Shown here one piece after another: positions 60,424 to 64,000 of a stretch of DNA of 64,000 bases (its first letter is position 1; every line of letters starts with the position of its first letter). This DNA is from Monocercomonoides exilis PA203 (taxonomy: Eukaryota; Protista; Preaxostyla). The notes under the pieces were generated by a model, which made no database searches, was not told where the DNA came from, and was given only the letters and a program-made list of their open reading frames with translations. The translations under genes and the position numbers were made by a program. The stretch spans positions 1,054,001 to 1,118,000 of the forward strand of contig LSRY02000010.1 of NCBI GenBank assembly GCA_001643675.2. Direction: 5' to 3'.

Positions 60424-62421
60424 TCAAACATCAACAGCCAATTCTTGTGTTTGTCTTTGATGTTGTTGAGACAGAAGAAATTGTTCCTGCCGCTGACGCT
60501 CCAAATCCAAAAGTGTAAGCCTTTCGCCTTCCAGTGCTAACTTTGTCTTCTTCCTTTGCCTACAGCACATGCAGATGCAAACTGTCAGCAAAGTTCCAAA
60601 AAAAATTACAACTGTCGGAACAATTACAGCAACTGTTTGTGAATCTGTGAGAATGCACTCTCCGTTAAACCATTCCGAAGGAAATCTCTCGTTACCTATT
60701 ACAAAACTGTACATTCCATCGTTGCCAGAGCATCTCAAAAATGATTTGCATTTTATTGCTCGAACATATCCACTATTGGATCCTTCGGCATAAATGGAAG
60801 TTCCAAGATTTTCATTGCCTCGTGTGTAAGCTCCATTCGGCAATTCAATTCTGTTACCTTCAAACATTAACGATTCAAATTTAATCGCAGTATCTTTTGC
60901 TTTATTCATTCGCGATAGCAGCGAACTTGAAACATTTCCTCCGAAGTATATAGCTCCTCCGCGAAATCCTGCAATATTTTGTAAAAAGTTAACGCTTTGG
61001 AACAGAAGCTCGTCCATAACGTTGTGGAACAAAAGACCTCCACCAAAAGAAGAGCCATTGTTTCCATAGACACAAGAATCGGAAAAGCTCAACTTATGAG
61101 AGTCTTGACTGTGCCACACTGCAATGCCTCCTCCCCATCCTGCAGAACACCAGCTAACATTTGTATATGTCAATTGTGCTGAGCATCTTAAATCAATTGC
61201 CCCACCGCTAACAGTTGCTGAGCATCTCTCGAAAACAGAATTGTTTACTGTCAACTGCATTGAAGTAGAAGAGCAGAAGATTGCTCCTCCTTTGCTGCGA
61301 CTTGCTTCAGGTGTGCTTAAAATCGGTCGCATTGCAAATGAAGACAATGTCTGCAAAGAATTAATTCTCATTGTGTTTTGTGTTGATAAACTGTCTGCTC
61401 CTCCACCGGTTGCGCAGCAGTAATTAAACGAACAGCCAACAACACTCATTTCTCCAGGAGAGCCCGTACTTAATATTCCTCCAACATCATTCGTAAAGCA
61501 ATATGAAAAATCTGAATCTTTTATTGTGTCAGTTGCGTATGTTTTCGACGACCACATTGACAAGTCAAAAATCGCACGGTTTTGTTGTGTCACTGTACAA
61601 TTTGTAACGGTGCTGTTACAAATGCTGAGCTCTCTCCAAGGAACAAGAATTCCTGGAAAAAGAAGGCAGTGAAATGGGTTGTCCACCAATGAAAGGTTTG
61701 TATCTGTTATATTCGTTGAAACCTTCTCAGGATAGTCTTTGGAATAATTGTAAGACTGATCAATTTTATGGGATATGTTCGCAAAAACGCTCTTTTCAAC
61801 AGTCGTTAAAGCAATATTTGAACCTCCAAAAAATGATATTTGGCCTTCATAACAAAAGTTCTCCAATTTTATTTCATTTGCAGAAATTTCAGAGCCCTCG
61901 CCATTTCCATTAACGTTCGCAACCAAGGGTTTTGTCCAAGTTTCGTCATGATTCAGTTTTGTATTTTCAATTATCAAATGAGAATTGCACAAAGAAAAAG
62001 CTGAATAAAGAGCAAAATTCGTATATATTGTTCCCTGCCTTATTTTTAAAGTCGACGAGTTACACTTTGCAGCCAGCGAAGTTTCCATAGAAAGCGAACA
62101 ATCACTCAAAAAAAGTGTGGCATTCATCAAATCAAAAAGGGATGCCAAGCCTTCTGACTCTTCTTTGATGGTGGAATAATCTCCTTTCAAGCGAATAATG
62201 TAATCTTCTATCTTAACATTACCTGCTAAATAAGTGTTTCCTTCCAGTGCTATTAAACATTCTTCCTTTCGATTAGCATGATTTTTCAGAGCCTCTTCGA
62301 TAATTGGCTTTATCCTTTCTTCTGCATGTACAAAAGACGTTCCATATAAAATTATAAAAGCATATAAGCACAAAAATGCCATCCTAAATGTAAAAAACGT
62401 AAAAACGAAAATATATCCCAT
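60424..62421 (-). CDS. Type-I surface protein with Pmp-like beta-helix (GGAI repeats), one TM and a short cytoplasmic tail
   Basis: Signal peptide; GGIL, GGAIF, GGAID, GGGIA, GGGLL, GGAIY repeats; TM VAVIVPTVVIFFGTLLTVCICMCC followed by RQRKK. Confidence 0.85.
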   Translation of the reverse strand: MGYIFVFTFFTFRMAFLCLYAFIILYGTSFVHAEERIKPIIEEALKNHANRKEECLIALEGNTYLAGNVKIEDYIIRLKGDYSTIKEESEGLASLFDLMNATLFLSDCSLSMETSLAAKCNSSTLKIRQGTIYTNFALYSAFSLCNSHLIIENTKLNHDETWTKPLVANVNGNGEGSEISANEIKLENFCYEGQISFFGGSNIALTTVEKSVFANISHKIDQSYNYSKDYPEKVSTNITDTNLSLVDNPFHCLLFPGILVPWRELSICNSTVTNCTVTQQNRAIFDLSMWSSKTYATDTIKDSDFSYCFTNDVGGILSTGSPGEMSVVGCSFNYCCATGGGADSLSTQNTMRINSLQTLSSFAMRPILSTPEASRSKGGAIFCSSTSMQLTVNNSVFERCSATVSGGAIDLRCSAQLTYTNVSWCSAGWGGGIAVWHSQDSHKLSFSDSCVYGNNGSSFGGGLLFHNVMDELLFQSVNFLQNIAGFRGGAIYFGGNVSSSLLSRMNKAKDTAIKFESLMFEGNRIELPNGAYTRGNENLGTSIYAEGSNSGYVRAIKCKSFLRCSGNDGMYSFVIGNERFPSEWFNGECILTDSQTVAVIVPTVVIFFGTLLTVCICMCCRQRKKTKLALEGERLTLLDLERQRQEQFLLSQQHQRQTQELAVDV

Positions 62422-63412
62422 ATATTTTTTTTAATTTCGCAAAAATCGAATCTTTTCAAAAACGTGTCTGACTCTCTGTGAATTTGAATGCTGAACTTAT
62501 GTGTATTTCTATCAAGTAAATGTTTCTTTTTTCAATTACAAATTTTTGTTTTTTGAAAAGTTATATAAAAAATTTGCAGAAAATAAAAATTTCTAATGAA
62601 ATAAAAAACAAACTTTGCAACAACTGTGCACAAGCTTGCAGTTGATCAAAAAAAATAATATGATAAAACTTTTACAGTTCTTATTTTTCATTATGAAATA
62701 ATTCTGTTTCTTTTTCTCCTTGACGAAAAGCTATCTTTCATAAAACTTTGCAAATAGAAATAAAAATGATTCTTAAATTATCATTCCATCATTCACCATA
62801 TTTTGCAAATCTCTCTGGTTTTTTATCCTTTTCAAATGTTGCAATTTTCTTCATATTTTAGGAAATTTCTCAAATCGGACATTTATCAAACAAAAAAGAA
62901 AAGAAGAATATTTAACTTCATTTCAATTTAAAAAGACACAAAAACACAAACACCGATAAAGAACGGTTGGTAAAAATACTCATTGATAGATAAAACATAT
63001 TAACATGCATATAAAGTCATGCAACAGAAAAACATGGAAATAATAAAAAAGAATTGCTCTATGAAAAAAATGAACAGTTATTGCAAAGATGAATAAAAAT
63101 CAAAAATATCAATCAAAAAATTGAATCGCTCGATTACAAAAGAAAATTTATTGGAGTTTCCATTTCAATTTTAAATAGACAAAATAAATTGTCCATCCAG
63201 AAAAATAAAAAGTCAAAATTGTGAAAACAATACACTGTCATTAAACAATTAGAATACTCTACCATTAATCAGGTTGAAAATATTACACTTTCCAAACTTC
63301 GCAAGCAAAATAGCAAAAACAATTCTCTTTAAAATCTCAAAAATGCATGAATACGCTCGTTTTCTTTTTCTCTGTTCACATTTTAAATACATGCATTGGA
63401 AAATGCAACCAA

Positions 63413-64000
63413 CTAGTTTTCATCACAGTCTTCATTTTCAGCTTCAATATCGCTTTCGTTACTGTATTCAGTATCTTCTCTCCAAAATTTATAAAAATTA
63501 ACGTTATATTTCTCTTTTGCATATTCGTTTGAGGATATTCTGCCGGCTTCTAAACATTCAGCAAGAGGTTTCAGATATTCATCTTCGTAGTGCGTCAATG
63601 CTGCTAAATCATCAGAATCGATTCTTGCATCTGGAAAACAATTTATGTCGCACACTTCTTTTTCTTCATTTGTTGTTGCATTTTCATTGCCTTCTTCTTG
63701 ATCCTCATTCATATACATGGCGCAAACTGGGCAAATCTTTAAGTCGCACTTTGCTTTCATTCTGCTTCTTATCAGTTCCTCCTTTTCAACTTCCCTCCTG
63801 TCTTCAAATTCATTCTGAGCTCTATGTCCTCACAAAACATCCATAACGTCTTCTTCCTCAAGGACTTCTACCAGCATTGCATTCAATCTTCCACGCAATG
63901 GTTGGGAAATGCATGAATAACGTTTGAAGTCGTATACATAAATCCTTTTAAGATGTGATATAATATGAGCATTCGAAGACAATGCTGCCCACACATTCAA
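63413..64000 (-). pseudogene. 3' part of a hypothetical gene with one in-frame TGA
   Basis: Frame is open from the window edge (LNVWAALSSNAHII...VEVLEEEDVMDVL), has TGA at 63832-63830, then continues in frame into the 115-aa ORF. Confidence 0.45.

Overview
Eukaryotic, AT-rich protist genomic DNA with short GT-AG introns (often GTTTG donors) and the standard genetic code. Gene families and composition point to an oxymonad such as Monocercomonoides (inference, not database-confirmed). Recognisable genes: a DHHC palmitoyltransferase with a long Ser-rich tail, VAMP7, MNS1, a Tctex-1 dynein light chain, an intronless cathepsin-B-like protease and a multi-exon TPR protein. There are also two beta-helix (GGAI-repeat) type-I membrane proteins (one with a degenerate kinase C-lobe), a 1924-aa Cys-rich tandem SdrD-B/prealbumin-like repeat protein, and several hypothetical proteins. 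The window is rich in DNA transposons. The main structure not visible in the ORF track is a 9,657-bp hAT element (28473-38129) with perfect 15-bp TIRs and a perfect 8-bp TSD. It carries an apparently internally deleted transposase and about 7 kb of decaying gene-like cargo. Also present: an orphan end of a related hAT, a Tc1 (DD34E) pseudogene with four in-frame stops, two near-perfect palindromic foldback/MITE elements (0.37 and 1.0 kb), and a MITE nested inside another MITE.
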